This document shows, piece after piece, positions 24,501 to 36,923 of a DNA stretch of 64,000 nt. The DNA is taken from positions 434,001-498,000 of the forward strand of contig NW_027272307.1 of the NCBI RefSeq assembly GCF_040938485.1, given 5' to 3'. This DNA is from Diadema antillarum (taxonomy: Eukaryota). A program made the position numbers and the translations under genes. The stretch's first letter is position 1. Each line of letters starts with the position of its first letter. The notes beneath the pieces are model-generated. The model did no database searches. It worked only from the letters and a program-made list of their open reading frames with translations, and was not told the DNA's origin.

Positions 24501-27500
24501 CCTCATCCTGTTCCCCACACTAGGCTTTTGTTGGGACCTACACTCAACAAGCTTTGCTTTTTAGTAGGTTCCATCGTATCTCTCTTTGCATCCTTTGCTT
24601 TGATTGAAAATGACACATCGACCTCTATGTATTATGTTTGTATTCCTATTTCTTTATGTATGTATCCAAGCTGGACATTCTGTATTATCATATTTTGTTA
24701 TCTAATAATCATGTATTTTCCATCGAGAAATACGAAATAAAATTAAAAAATTGAAATTGAATTGAAAATTGAAATATTCAAGTAATGTGCAGTTTAGTGT
24801 TTCGGGGTTAGCATGCCTGTACAGTGACGGGGCCTTAAACTGCACATTACTTGAATATGAGACCATTCTCAAGCAAATAATTTTCACACAATAATAAATA
24901 TATAATGTACTCTTAAATGAATCCCACAAGAAATGGAACAATCATCCCTCAGCATTCCCACTGATTTCCACTGTTCAGTCACTAGCCATCCCCTTTAATA
25001 TACATGCATATGAAAACTTCACCCTGTCATAGAAACACAAATAATAGGTAAAGTTTGCTATGCACGATCGTGAGTTTAGATAGTTTTTATTGTCGCTGAG
25101 TTTTCACGCGCCAATACAGTCTTGTTTATGGAGTGAGGTTCCGTTGAAATCAATAAAAAAAAAATCAGTTGAGGTATTAATGCCGTATGTCGTGATGCCG
25201 ATCATACTTATATCAATATCTCGCCACTTTTCTTGTCTTTTTTAAGATTAAGAAGTCATTCGTTTTACAAATTGAATGAACTTTGCTGTCAGATTATAAT
25301 TTGTATTCTTTTTTTTTTCATTCATGCATCAAAGAATGTAAACTTCTATGGTTGCTTAGAAAATATAGAAATATAATAAAAGCAAAACCAAAATATACTT
25401 CTTAACTGATTTGTTCTGGTGGAATGATTTCAACTCGGTTGAGAATGATATGTTTTGGGGACGATAAATATTATTTATGACACGCTTTGTCTGATACATG
25501 GGGTATCTGGATGAAGTTGAAATAAGGTGAATACGCAAACTTTCTAATTTTTGAAGGTATGGCGATGTCAAATGTGGGAATTTTCAGGTTTGATGACGGT
25601 AATTTGAATGAGATAAAAAGAATTAAAAAAAACGGGTTAATGAGCTCTTGAATAAACAAGGTTCAGCAAAAACTGGTGGGAAAATTCGTTGGGTGCTGCT
25701 TATAAAACAACTCTGAATCCTATTCGAATGCTACAGAAACGAATGGCGGGAGTAATTACTTGCAAATGTGCGAGAAATCACTCTGCTCCTTTGTTTATGA
25801 CCTTAAAATGTTAGATATTTTCAAAGAATACCGCTATGTAATTGGTATATTTATGCTTGACATAATAACTATATAACCACCTGCCTCATTCCTTGTCTGA
25901 TTATTTCTCAGTACTAGAACATCCTTATCAAACAAGAAACAAGGTGAAATCTTATTTGTTTCAGTGAGTAACACCAATCTATGGAAACAATCAATTTCAT
26001 ATTCGGGACCTCCTATATGAATTAAGAAGTATCACCAGTCGCAGAGGTTTGAAATCTAATTTCAGGAAAATTCATGAAGGTCATTATTTTCTTTTTCACT
26101 TGATATTTGTTACTATTCTACTTTTTTGTTATTACTGTTATTCTTATTGTATTGTATAAGTGTTTTATCTTAAAAGATATGAAAGATGTATATTTTCATT
26201 CAATTTGCTGATATTGATACTTGTAATCAACATTATAGGGCTAACCTTGATTATTATGCTCTCTGTCAGCACCCTTTACCAAGATGTATGAAAATGTGTA
26301 TCATTGTGATTTATCAAAATATATGTATCATTGAAATTTGGTAATAAATTTAATGAATAAGTTGATTGATTAATCAATCAATTCATTCATTCATTCATTC
26401 ATTCATTCATTCATTCATAATCATAAAGATTCATATACCGCTGACATGAACATGTTTATTCTTTGGTGATGTAGCTTACTACGTGGAGACCGCCGCCGCT
26501 GGGAATGCCACTTGTTCCAGTGTCCCGAAAACTCTCTGTCCCAAGATTTTCTCCCAGAAGACAGGCAGTTATGTCCAATTGACACCCAAATACGTCCCAC
26601 GTGACCATGCTCTCTATGACGTCAATGTTCCGGGAGCAGCGAGAGGAGAGACAAACCTGTACTGTGCCCATCCCGGTAACTTTACATTTCATTTTTTTTT
26701 TTTTTTTTTGGCATTCATATTGATTATTGATTGCTATGATACTCCTGGACACTTCGGTACAAAGTAGGGAATGACTGAATGATACCGACCCTTAGTGACT
26801 CGTTCCATGTGGCAAGCAGATTTTCATGGTAATACGTTGTTTGATACAACGGAAGTGGAAGGATTAACTGGAAAAGTCGATATGATGCTGGAATTCTTTA
26901 ACTAATCCAATTTCGAATCAATGTTACAGTTTATCTCGCATGAGTCCAAGTTCTCGAGAGTTAAGCAAGTACTATTCGACTCACGTTCACGCCTTTTTTA
27001 CGTGGAGGCGTTCTATGTGGTCAGCATGTGTCTGCAGTATGTTGCTGTTCACTTAAAAGGGGGCATGATAGCAGATATACACAGTGAAACTGTTGAGAAT
27101 GCGCTGTAATTTTGACTTTAACTTCAAATCAAATCATCATACATTCCAAGTGAAAAGACAAAAAGTTTCCTGTGTCTCATCCGATATTCGACTCAGCCGA
27201 TTCCTCATACCGTCATTTCATACAGATTTCTTCTCATTGGTTACTCGTCGGAAGCAAAGTTTGTTGCTTCCGACCACTCACCGAAGTATATCGGAGAGCG
27301 ATCGATAAATCAAACTTGTGTGTTGACCATCAGGTCAGTGTCAGACGCGCCGGCCTTGATCCGATGAGGCAAGATCGTCCGGTGAGGCCTCGATAGTCGA
27401 CCATAACACAAGTCGGATTTATCAGACTGCTATCCGATACACTTTGGCGGACGGCCGGCTTTCTATTGCTTCCGACGAGTGACCGACGAGAAGAGATCTC

Positions 27501-30500
27501 TGTGGAATGAGAGTATCACGTTAATGGGTTAAATTTATAAGAGTAACTTTGTTTTGACGTCCGCCCAATATCTTTTTTATTCCCACTTTTCTTTCCTTTG
27601 ACGGCTTTACCCGATTCGATGGTGCTGAATCAGAATCTGGGTGATGCATCTTTTGTCATCTTAAGGGATTTGAGATGTTCTATATGATCATAAATGTGAA
27701 CCTTCTAAAATATTTCCTGCTATTTTGTGAAATTAAAAAAAAAAGAGATATATTGGTTTAAAGCTATTTCGAGTGTGCTAAATAATCATCTGCAATCCCT
27801 CACGGATGCAAGATTTCCAATAATCAGATTTGAATTCAGCACCCTAGAAATAGGGAAAACCATCATCTTTGTTTTTTCTTTAATCACTGTTAATCTTGAC
27901 TATTTCAAAATCATCAAGGATAAAGAAGCTGCATTATACTCATTCAGATTCAGCGACCTCGAATAAAGCATTCATATCTATTTCCAGCCTTTCACCCTTC
28001 ATAACGGTATACATATCATACAAAATAGGAATTTCAGATTTTCTGATTCTGATTCTGATTCGACTTTGGTTGTCATCAGTAATGTTTCAAAACCATCAAT
28101 GATGCAAGAGTTGAATTATCCGGAACCAGATTCAGCATCATTGAAGTAGGAAAATATAGCAAAAACATTGGCTGTATGGTCAAACAAGGTTCAGTATCGG
28201 GCACCCAGGCGTATCGGGACACTGTTTTGTTTTTTGTTTTTTGTTAATTTGTTTTTGGTTGTTTGTTGTTGTTGTTGTTGTTTTTTGCTTCCAGCTCAGT
28301 CTACTTTCAGTTCATGACCGACCCCAGCATTCTTAGAAAATGAATGAAATAGAATTATTGTTAGAATGAAGCTATGAAAATAAAAATGAATTAAACCGAT
28401 AGAATGATTTAACTGATGTTCCTTCAAAGAATCGTAATTATGTGAGTTACCAGACTTACCATTAACTATACTTTTTGCACAGGAAGTGAAGTACTAGAAT
28501 AAATTATTATGAAAGCGGTTTAGCAGCATAGCGATATTTGGGTATCATCAGAGTTAGCATAATTCAAAGCGGTATATTTCACAGCGGTCATGATGACAAT
28601 ATAGTCTTAGTCGCAGTCAGAATACTTTCTTTTTGTCTATCTTTTTTTTCTATTTTGCACTACACAAATAGACTGTGTGCCCAATCCCTGTCTGAATGGA
28701 GGGAACTGCTCGGAAACTCCGGATGGATTCACCTGCACGTGCCCGAGGTCGTTTGTCGGAAAACGATGTGTAGAGGGTATGTATGTTTTGCGTACACAAT
28801 GTTGGTTATTATGCTTGTAACGGATGAACACTTCTTTTCATAACACATAAAAAAGGATAAAAGCATGAATTATATACATGTAATATGAATATGTGTATAC
28901 AATATACCACTCTACCTTGACCTGCGTACCTACTGTGACCTGTTCAGCCAATCAAAGACTTTCCCACCAGGAACCCAAATCCCCTTTGATCCTTCCTGAG
29001 GGTATTTAAGCCAGGTTTTTCCCTCCAATCACTCATTCTCTTGAAAACGGCAAGAACATGCTTGCTGAAACGTCGGGAGTGGGTATGCCCTTTTCTGCGC
29101 CACATACATGACCAAGAGAGAATACGTGGTGTACTCTACCATGTCTACCACCCAATCATGACATTTTTGCCTACGGGTAAGCAATTTTTCGCTCATGTTT
29201 GGTCTTAACTTTCCTGAAATGAAATGTTGTTAAAATGAAGCTAAGAAAAACAAAATGAAAATGAAGCGTAACCAGGCAAGTCTGTGAGTGACCATACTTA
29301 CAATAACCAGAGAGGTGAAACCTGTCATAACTATATCTTTCCCACATGAAGTATATTCCCTAAAATAAACTAACCTGAAGAACAATTTACCAGCAGAGCT
29401 ACATCTGGGAATCTTTCGAGTGAACACTCAACATAATGACGGAACGAAGTCTTAGCCAAAGTCAGAATAATTTTGTTTTGCTATTTTGCACCACAGAACC
29501 ACCATGTGTGTCCAACCCCTGTCTGAATGGAGGGAACTGCTCGGAAACTCCGGATAGCTTCAATTGCACGTGCCCGAGGACATTTGTCGGAAAAAGATGT
29601 GAAGAGGGTATGTATGCATTGCGTACACAACGTTTGTTTATAGTAGCCGTAAAATATGAACGCTTTTCTTCATAAACACATGATGAAAAGTGATCAACAG
29701 CAATATGAGCATATATATATATATATAGGGTGTATATTAATAAACAGTTTTAGTATCTGTAGTATCAAGGTAATTACCGTTGGCTACGGAAGAACTTGGC
29801 AAAAGTTTCCGCGACAACGTCCGAGCAACAGTTTGTGTGGACCATTTAAATGGCAGGGTAGATGGCCCCGACGTTGTCACGGTAACTCGGGTTTGAAGGC
29901 CCGGCTAAAACAGGGCATTTGTGTCTGCTTCTACGACTTCATGTGTTTGTTTGCACATGTACAGAGGCTTGGTACACATGGGTAGACACAGACCCACATG
30001 GTTTTATGATTTGCGAATAGGATAGCCAGCTATAGGCCTGTAATTTTGAGGTGGGTATCTCATTTCCTTGGAGCTGGTGGGGATCCGTGTCTCGCTGGTG
30101 GCAGAATGGTCGTGAAGAAGCCTCTTCTGTTAGAGAGCAGCTTGGTCTCCGGGGAGTCGCGATAGAGTCGAACATGTTCGATTGTTTGTAGACTTTTTCC
30201 ACTCTCCAGATGACCTCGGACATGTCTCCGCGACGTCTCCTTAGTTGCGGCGTTGTCTCCAAGACGTCCCTGCAACCTGGCCGTGATTAATGTTCATCTA
30301 CCGGTGACGATGTAAATGACGCCCCCAGGAAAATTAATTATCATCTTGTTTGGAAACGTCTTGGACGTTGCCCCGGAGTGGCCCTTTTGCGCCCCCCCCC
30401 CCCCTGTTCATTTTGTCTTTTTTTTTTGGGGGGGGGGAGGGGGGTCGTGCGAGATTAGATGCGACACCCGAGGCGACGTGATAGGTCCTTAAGAATGTTT

Positions 30501-31251
30501 TTTTTTAATTCGTGCAGAAGTGATTCCTTTGTTGTTTCGCATCTTATTGCTCCTTTCAGTTATACTGAGAAAAGGCATTTTAACGGTTAATCTAAGCTTA
30601 TTCTTCGACGCTATTATCATACAATCATTTCATCCAATGTTGGGACGCAATCTATTTTTTTTGTTAATATATTCTTCTTTAAGTTGTAATTGAAATATCA
30701 CAGCAGCAATGACTAAAATAATGACTGCAACTTTGTGAAATAAAGTGTATTTGTGGTTGTCCTCACCTGCTTCATTTCTAGATATTCCTTTTTAAGTGTA
30801 TCCTGTTTATTTTTCTTGTTTAGAACTCGTCTGTCCTGGCAATGATTCGTCGTCTTCAGTCTCCTGCTATCTCTACCGTCGAGACAGCCAGAAATGGGAG
30901 GTGGCCAGGGATAAATGTCATGAATTAGGTGGATATCTGGTTGCTGTAGAAACGACAGGTGAACTGTCTAGTCTCGTGGAGGTAGTTCTCATCAGCATGC
31001 CCGGATTTTATACCACCTATTTTTGGATGGGGCTAAATGACCGATCGTCCGAAGGGGTCTACACATGGGAGACAGTTGGGGGCAACTTTTCAAGCTCCAA
31101 TAGTTTGTGGAAGAGTGGAAACCCAAATCCAGAAACTGCAGATGGCTTAGATTGCACAGACCTACATCTTTTTCGAATAGTGAATAAAACGTATATACAT
31201 AATATGGGTTGCGGGGGGAGACGGGAATACATCTGTGAATTCCGGCCATAA
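21409..31251 (+). CDS. Secreted protein: signal peptide - unknown 67-aa module - EGF - EGF - C-type lectin domain (model ~300 aa)
   Basis: Proposed coding exons: 21409-21466 ([19 protein letters not shown]), 26475-26675, 28672-28776 (EGF), 29497-29607 (EGF) and 30824-31251 (CTLD: SCY..KW..ARDKC..GGYL..FWMGLND..W..DC..C..YICE, stop). All junctions are phase 1 with GT/AG, totalling 903 nt in frame. AATAAA at 31469. The EGF and CTLD exons are strong (~0.9); the first two exons are less certain (~0.5). Confidence 0.75.
21490..21608. repeat. (GATA)n tetranucleotide microsatellite
   Basis: Direct reading. Confidence 0.95.
23025..24994. mobile_element. Kolobok/T2-like foldback MITE interrupted by a LINE
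   Basis: The left arm 23025-23175 resumes at 24779. Hairpin centre at about 24796-24836. Right arm ends CCATCCCCT followed by TTAA (24995-24998). Confidence 0.85.
23176..24773 (+). mobile_element. 5'-truncated CR1/L2/Crack-type LINE (RT C-terminal half, frameshifted in poly-T runs)
   Basis: [73 protein letters not shown] plus (TTGAA)n tail. ATATT is repeated at 23171-23175 and 24774-24778. Confidence 0.9.
25690..26417 (+). mobile_element. Decayed CR1/L2/Crack-type LINE 3' fragment with (ATTC)n tail
   Basis: [40 protein letters not shown] in broken frames, then a T-rich UTR and tandem tail. Confidence 0.7.
27205..27530. mobile_element. Foldback (hairpin) element
   Basis: CAGATTTCTTCTCATTGGTTACTCGTCGGAAGCAA pairs with TTGCTTCCGACGAGTGACCGACGAGAAGAGATCTCTG. 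The inner arms also pair. Confidence 0.7.
28905..29200 (+). mobile_element. Penelope-like element pseudo-LTR remnant
   Basis: AGCCAATCA, TATTTAAG, then TTGAAAA-C-GGCAAG..CTTGCT-GAAACGTC, the typical order in Penelope-like terminal repeats. Boundaries are approximate. Confidence 0.65.
29031..29084 (+). ncRNA. Minimal type I hammerhead ribozyme fold with U3-A8 variant core
   Basis: 10-bp stem I (29031-29040 with 29075-29084, three G.U pairs), core UUGAAAA, 6-bp stem II (29049-29054 with 29061-29066), GAAA, palindromic ACGU, GUC cleavage triplet ending at 29074. Confidence 0.75.
29770..30490. mobile_element. Degenerate GC-rich palindromic non-autonomous element in the EGF2-CTLD intron
   Basis: Repeated GACGT/ACGTC/CGACG motifs in both orientations and AACATGTTCGAT, as seen in Harbinger-type MITEs. 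Boundaries are uncertain. Confidence 0.4.
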
Positions 31252-31799
31252 TCATGATAAGCTCACATATCATGGTGTCCATAATTTGGAATTCTTCTTC
31301 AACGGTTTTCAACGATTACTCTTCTTCATCTGCTGCCCCTCCCTCACTTTCTTTTTCTCCTTCATTTTCTACATCTTTTACCTTTCCTGTTCCCAGTAAG
31401 ACCTTATCCTTTGTTGTCGAAATAGAGTGCCTTTCTCATTGGGATATTGTTCCGATGAAACGATTCTAAATAAAACCAAAATAAACTATAAGCACCCATA
31501 AACCAGAGAGGGCAGATCTCCGCCAAGCTATAGCAGCTCATTTCCATCCATGTACACATAATTATGCTGAGAATCGCCCAATTTCCTAATAGCCGCATTC
31601 ACACCTACAAAATAGCTGGATGACAATCGCGATCCAAATCTCGAAATTTGTATCCCGCCAATTCGCGTAAGTGTGAATCAAGACTTAATGATGTTGATAA
31701 CAATAATAATAAAAATGATAATAATAATAATCAGGGTAGCCTCATCAGTGTTGCCACTGTACCTGCACAGCACAGCACAGCTTGAACTCCCAAGTTCAT

Positions 31800-31982
31800 A
31801 CACCCTATTTGCCAAAAGATTAAAAAAAAAAAAAGATCCTTCGAAAATTCTAATGGTTCCCTGTGTCATCGACTTTCCCTGTAAGTTTCATCCAGGTTTG
31901 TTCACAACTTTTGGAGTTATTTTGCAAACAGACAAACAAACCAACACCGACAAAATTATAACCTCCTTGGCGGAGGTAATAC
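31800..31982 (+). mobile_element. Helentron-associated (HINE-like) non-autonomous element 3' end
   Basis: (ACAA)n tract followed by ATAACCTCC-TTGGC-GGAGGTAAT terminal hairpin (31961-31977). Confidence 0.6.
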
Positions 31983-33936
31983 AGGGGGATATGTAACAAA
32001 AATAGTGTAGAACTAATGTCTCCAAGAACCAATGTTCTTCTATGACTATGCTTTGTCTTATAAAAATTCAAACTGCCTTCCGAAAGCCTCGCTTTAAAAG
32101 CTTACTTATTTAAAGTGATGAATTAGGCTGACAAACTTGTTATAATGTCTGCAAAGTAGGGTTTATACCTTGTATACAAGTAAATTTTTTCCTTAACTAT
32201 AATATACATCCATGTCGCTTTACGCAAGTGTAGCACGGCGTCTGGTCGGGCTAATTGTCCCTCAAACATACGTGATGAAAAAATAACAATAATAAACCGA
32301 CTTGATTATTTCAATCCTAAGATTTGCGGGGGGGGGGGATCTGCTCGAACTTCACTCAGAGGTCCCTGGAGAAGGACGAGGGTTTTACCTCCGTTCAAAA
32401 ATTGCAATATATTGTTTTCTAACTTCCGAAACATATCATTCCCTTTGAAATTAAGAGGAAGCACATCCAGTCTCCAAATGAGGTTCATTTTCTAAAAGAC
32501 CTCAGTTTTCAGATCAGTTCATTTTAGTTTCATCTGAACCACCACAGCTAACTGATACTTACCAGACTGGCATGTCCTACTTATTACCCCCCCCCCCCCC
32601 CCNNNNNNNNNNNNNNNNNNNNNNNNNNNNNNNNNNNNNNNNNNNNNNNNNNNNNNNNNNNNNNNNNNNNNNNNNNNNNNNNNNNNNNNNNNNNNNNNNN
32701 NNNNNNNNNNNNNNNNNNNNNNNNNNNNNNNGGATTCGGGCTGATCCATTATTTCTGTCAAGTGTGAAGCGTACGTTACGTCTTAAAGGGGCGTTCCAAA
32801 CGATCAGATATAATTTTCACATCATGATGAACATACATGTAATAGATAAGCGTCACAGGCTCGACACCCACGAGTCATTCATCCCACATGAGACCAAGGC
32901 CCACGAGCTACACGGTTCACGAGATAAACATCAGGCAAATACTGAACACGAGCTCGGCACTGGGCAACAAAATAATACCAACGAGCTCGAGCGTACATTA
33001 TGGACTTTCCATACTTTATGGACTTTATGCATACGTGCTATCAAGTTCGAGTTTTTGACTTGGTGTTTCTTTTTTTGTTTGTTTGTTTCTTGTTGTTCGT
33101 TGTCTAAAGCGTCGATCCCGTGGACCTGTTTTAAATATAGTATCTAACTCGTCGGCCTGCTTTGCTTGGTGTCTTACTCGTGGGGTGCATAACTAATTGG
33201 TTTATGACTCATGACCCTATTTTCAATTTATAGCTCGTAGCCCGTATGACTCGTGGGTGTCCAGCTCTTGGACATCCACGAGCCATACGGTCATTTTGAC
33301 CCATGGGCTGTTTAACCAATCGGTGTATGACTCATGATCTTATATTAAATTTGTAGCACGTGGGCCGAATGACTCGTGGGTGTCTAGCTCGTGGGATGAA
33401 CCTATAGTTACAAGGCTGCAGAAAACAAAATACATTTGGAGATTTAGGGACGCAACTTAGATAATCATAATAAAAAATACCACAGTGTACAGGAATGTGA
33501 CCTTGACAAAGTTAAGACAAACGCGTATATTGCGGCCACTCAAAGGAGATGAAAAGAGTGGCAATTATAGACAGGTTATCCAACATTTCGTGTGCATTAC
33601 CTACATGTACAATGCATAATCGTTGTTATACGTCCTAGTACTTGTACATATATGTATGTGAACGTGTGCACAATGTGTGTTTCATGAATTGAACAATGTC
33701 TGTATTAATAAAGTTATCGCGTTGTTGCCAGGAGCATGCGTACATCAAGCAGACTTTTTACTATACGGAATGAATGCAGCGGTTGCAGTCACTGATCGTT
33801 AGCCGTGAAAGGCCGGCATGGCTCCAGAGTAAAATAGCACTCTGACATACTAGTACAGTTTTTACTCTGTTGCGGTTCCCTAAGGGTCGGCGGTGGGAGA
33901 CAAAATTAGTGTACGCTATGTACATGGTCATAAACA

Positions 33937-34200
33937 TTTCATTTATTTCATTTCATGTTATTTCATTCCCGACGAAAGTATACAATATATGGCATTTGCA
34001 TATAAACAAAGTAAAGTACAATGTGACTTTAGCATATTCAAATGAGATTTGAAGGCACGTTATTTTGTTTACAATGAGACAATAAACATACTTTAGATGA
34101 AGAAATGCATGGGCAAACTGTAACTGAATCATAACAAACAAAAAAAGTCGGGAACGGAGGGGACTGCCAAAATGGCTAGCTTGTAGAATGCAGTCTCCTC
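33937..34200 (-). mobile_element. LINE 3' tail fragment inserted only in duplicate copy A
   Basis: Hairpin GAGGAGACTGC..ACAAGC..GCAGTCCCCTC and (ATGAA)n tail. Its size matches the offset change between copies (2861 to 2603). Confidence 0.65.
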
Positions 34201-36459
34201 ATGGCTTAACGTGGCTTTTCGGGGGGGGGGGGGGGGGGGGGGATTCAACAGCCACATACGGCAGATGGCCGCTAAAGCAGGTTTGCCTGTAAGTGAAATT
34301 TATTGAGTTTTGTGTGCTTTGTCTTGTGTGTATAAGTGATGATTGCAAAATATGCCCAGATTTTACCATATCTGATTAACATAATTATTGTACATTATGA
34401 ATACAATCATGCATTATAGGCTTACTGTACAATATACTGTAAGTACAATTTGCTGTAGCAATAGGCGTTTGGTGTGGAGTGAATTTTACCATTAGAAGTG
34501 AATAATAACTTATTAAATGTTGTGTAATTGCCTGCTGCTTTAAAATCATTATTGAAAAATATGCAAAATGTTCACCTTTCCTGACTAATTGTGGCAAATA
34601 TCATTTTCACCATTACTGACTAATTAAACTTGTAAATATCCAACATTATACAAATATTACTTGATACATGCATAGTGGTAGATATTTGGTCTTGGTGTGA
34701 ACTGCATTGTTTGACGTGAATTCCATTTTATCAAATATTGTGTTACTACGCCCTGTGGAACATTAGCTTTAAATTGAAAAAAAAAAGAGTGCAGAAAAAC
34801 AAGGGAAAATAGAAGATTAAGAAACGTAACTTTAATAAGATACAGAAACGTAACTTTAAATCATCATGGCCACATAAGGCATATCTTTGACTTCTTCTTT
34901 ATACGAATATAATAAGACGAAATCTGGTGGTCCTTAGACTTGCTTAAGAAGAAAGATTACAGTATATCTGCCTTTTTTTTTTTACATTTCCGACTAATTT
35001 CCAAATATACTACATCATGAATGTAAAAGGAAAATTATAATACGCAACTGTTGATTTTATACAGTATGCTTTAGAGTGAATTGTGTCATTTGACTTGATT
35101 TGCATTCTTATTGATTATTTTATTGTTTGCTGTTTAAAGACAATGACTGCAGTGCCTTTCATCTATCATTTCTGACTAAGCAAAATCCTGAATTATGGAC
35201 ATTATGATTACCACTGAGATTAGCTTTGTGTATTGCTTGACACAAATTGTATTTACCTCAGTATTGCGTGTTGACTACCATTGAGATATAATGATGCAAA
35301 ATAAGCTTGTATTCAACATGTTTGACTTATTTATACATGTACTGTACTACTACTGTATCTAATTTGCTATAACCGTAGACGTTTGGTATAGCGTTTGTTG
35401 TACCTGTATTCTCTTATTTGTCTTGAATTGCATTTTATTGAACATTGTGTGTGGCATATACATTGTATACTCTCTAAGAATAATGATGCAAAATATGCCT
35501 ACAATTTAAAGTTTTTGATTATATGTTATGGCAATATCCTATTATTATGAATAAGATTATCATTGCATACTGTCTGTTCTTCAGGAACTTATTCTAGCGT
35601 TAGAATTGCATTTTTGACAACAATGCATTTTATAGAATATTGTAACATTTTCTGCCGTTGTACATTAGCTTGTCGTTGACTACATCATCAAGGTATAGCT
35701 ACGGGTGCACGAGTCACGAGTTCGACACCCACGAGTCATTCATCCTGCATGTGACCAAGGCCCACGACGAGCTACACGGTTCACGAGCTAAACACTAGGC
35801 AAATACTGAACACGAGCTCGGAACTCGGACAACAAAATACATGCCTACGAGTTCGAGCGTACATTCTGGACTTTCCATACTTTATGGACTTTATATACGT
35901 ACTATCAAACTCGAGTTCTTGACTTGATGTTTCTTTTTGTTTTGTTTGTTTGCTTGTTTCTTGTTGTTCTTTGTCTAAAGCGTCGTGCCTGTGGGCCTGT
36001 TTTACATGGAGTATCCACTCGGCCTGCTTTGCTTTGTTTCTTACTCGTGGGCTGCATAACTAATAGGTGTTGATTGATTAAAAGGTCTTTATTCAAAAAA
36101 TCTGAGTGGGCGACTAAAAGTCGAATTACACAGATATACAAATGACTCATGACCCTATATTAAATTTGTAGCTCGTGGGCCGTATGACTCGTGGGTCTCC
36201 AGCTCGTGAACACCCACAAGTCATGCGGCCATTTTGACCCATGGGTTGTTTAACTAATTGGTGTATGACTCATAACCTTATATTAAATTTGTAGCACGTG
36301 GGCCGTATGACTCGTGGGTGTCTAGCTCGTGGGATGAACCTATAGTTACGCAGCTGCAGAAAACAAAACAACTTTGAAGATTTAGGGACGTAACTTTGAT
36401 AATCATACAGTGTATTTGTAAATAAAAACAGAGTGCAAGAATGTGACTGTGGCAAAGTA

Positions 36460-36923
36460 CAGTCAAACCTGTCTATAGCGAACGTTCAAGGGAAATGAAA
36501 AGAGCGACCGTTGAAGACAGGTTATCCCACATTTTGTGTGCATTGCCTTCATATACATTTATCATTGTTGGATACGTCTTAAATACTTGCATCTTTACAT
36601 GTATCTGAACGTAATCTATGCAGAAGTGTGTTTCATGCACTGAACAATGACGATATTTCAATTTAATCGCGTTGTACTGAACTTTACCCATAAATGACCG
36701 GCACGGCTGCAAAGTAGAAAAGCATGCTTAGTTGCTGACTCGGCTGTGGTTCCCTGTGAGTCTGTGGCCGCTATAAACAGCTTAAAGTCTGCAGCCGCAA
36801 ACAGAATTGGTGGACGCTATACAAAAAGTCTTTTACGTGGCTTTTCTAAGAGGGGTTTTCAATGATCGCATCGTATGGCAGGTGACCGCTATAGACAGGT
36901 GGACACTAAGGCAGGTTTGACTG
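36460..36923. mobile_element. Tc1/mariner (pogo-type) MITE
   Basis: TA-CAGTCAAACCTG ... CAGGTTTGACTG-TA. A degenerate counterpart in copy A ends at 34289. Confidence 0.85.

Noticed and set aside
29939-30275. 107-aa and 71-aa minus-strand ORFs
   Set aside because: They lie within a palindromic MITE-like repeat and show no protein motifs.
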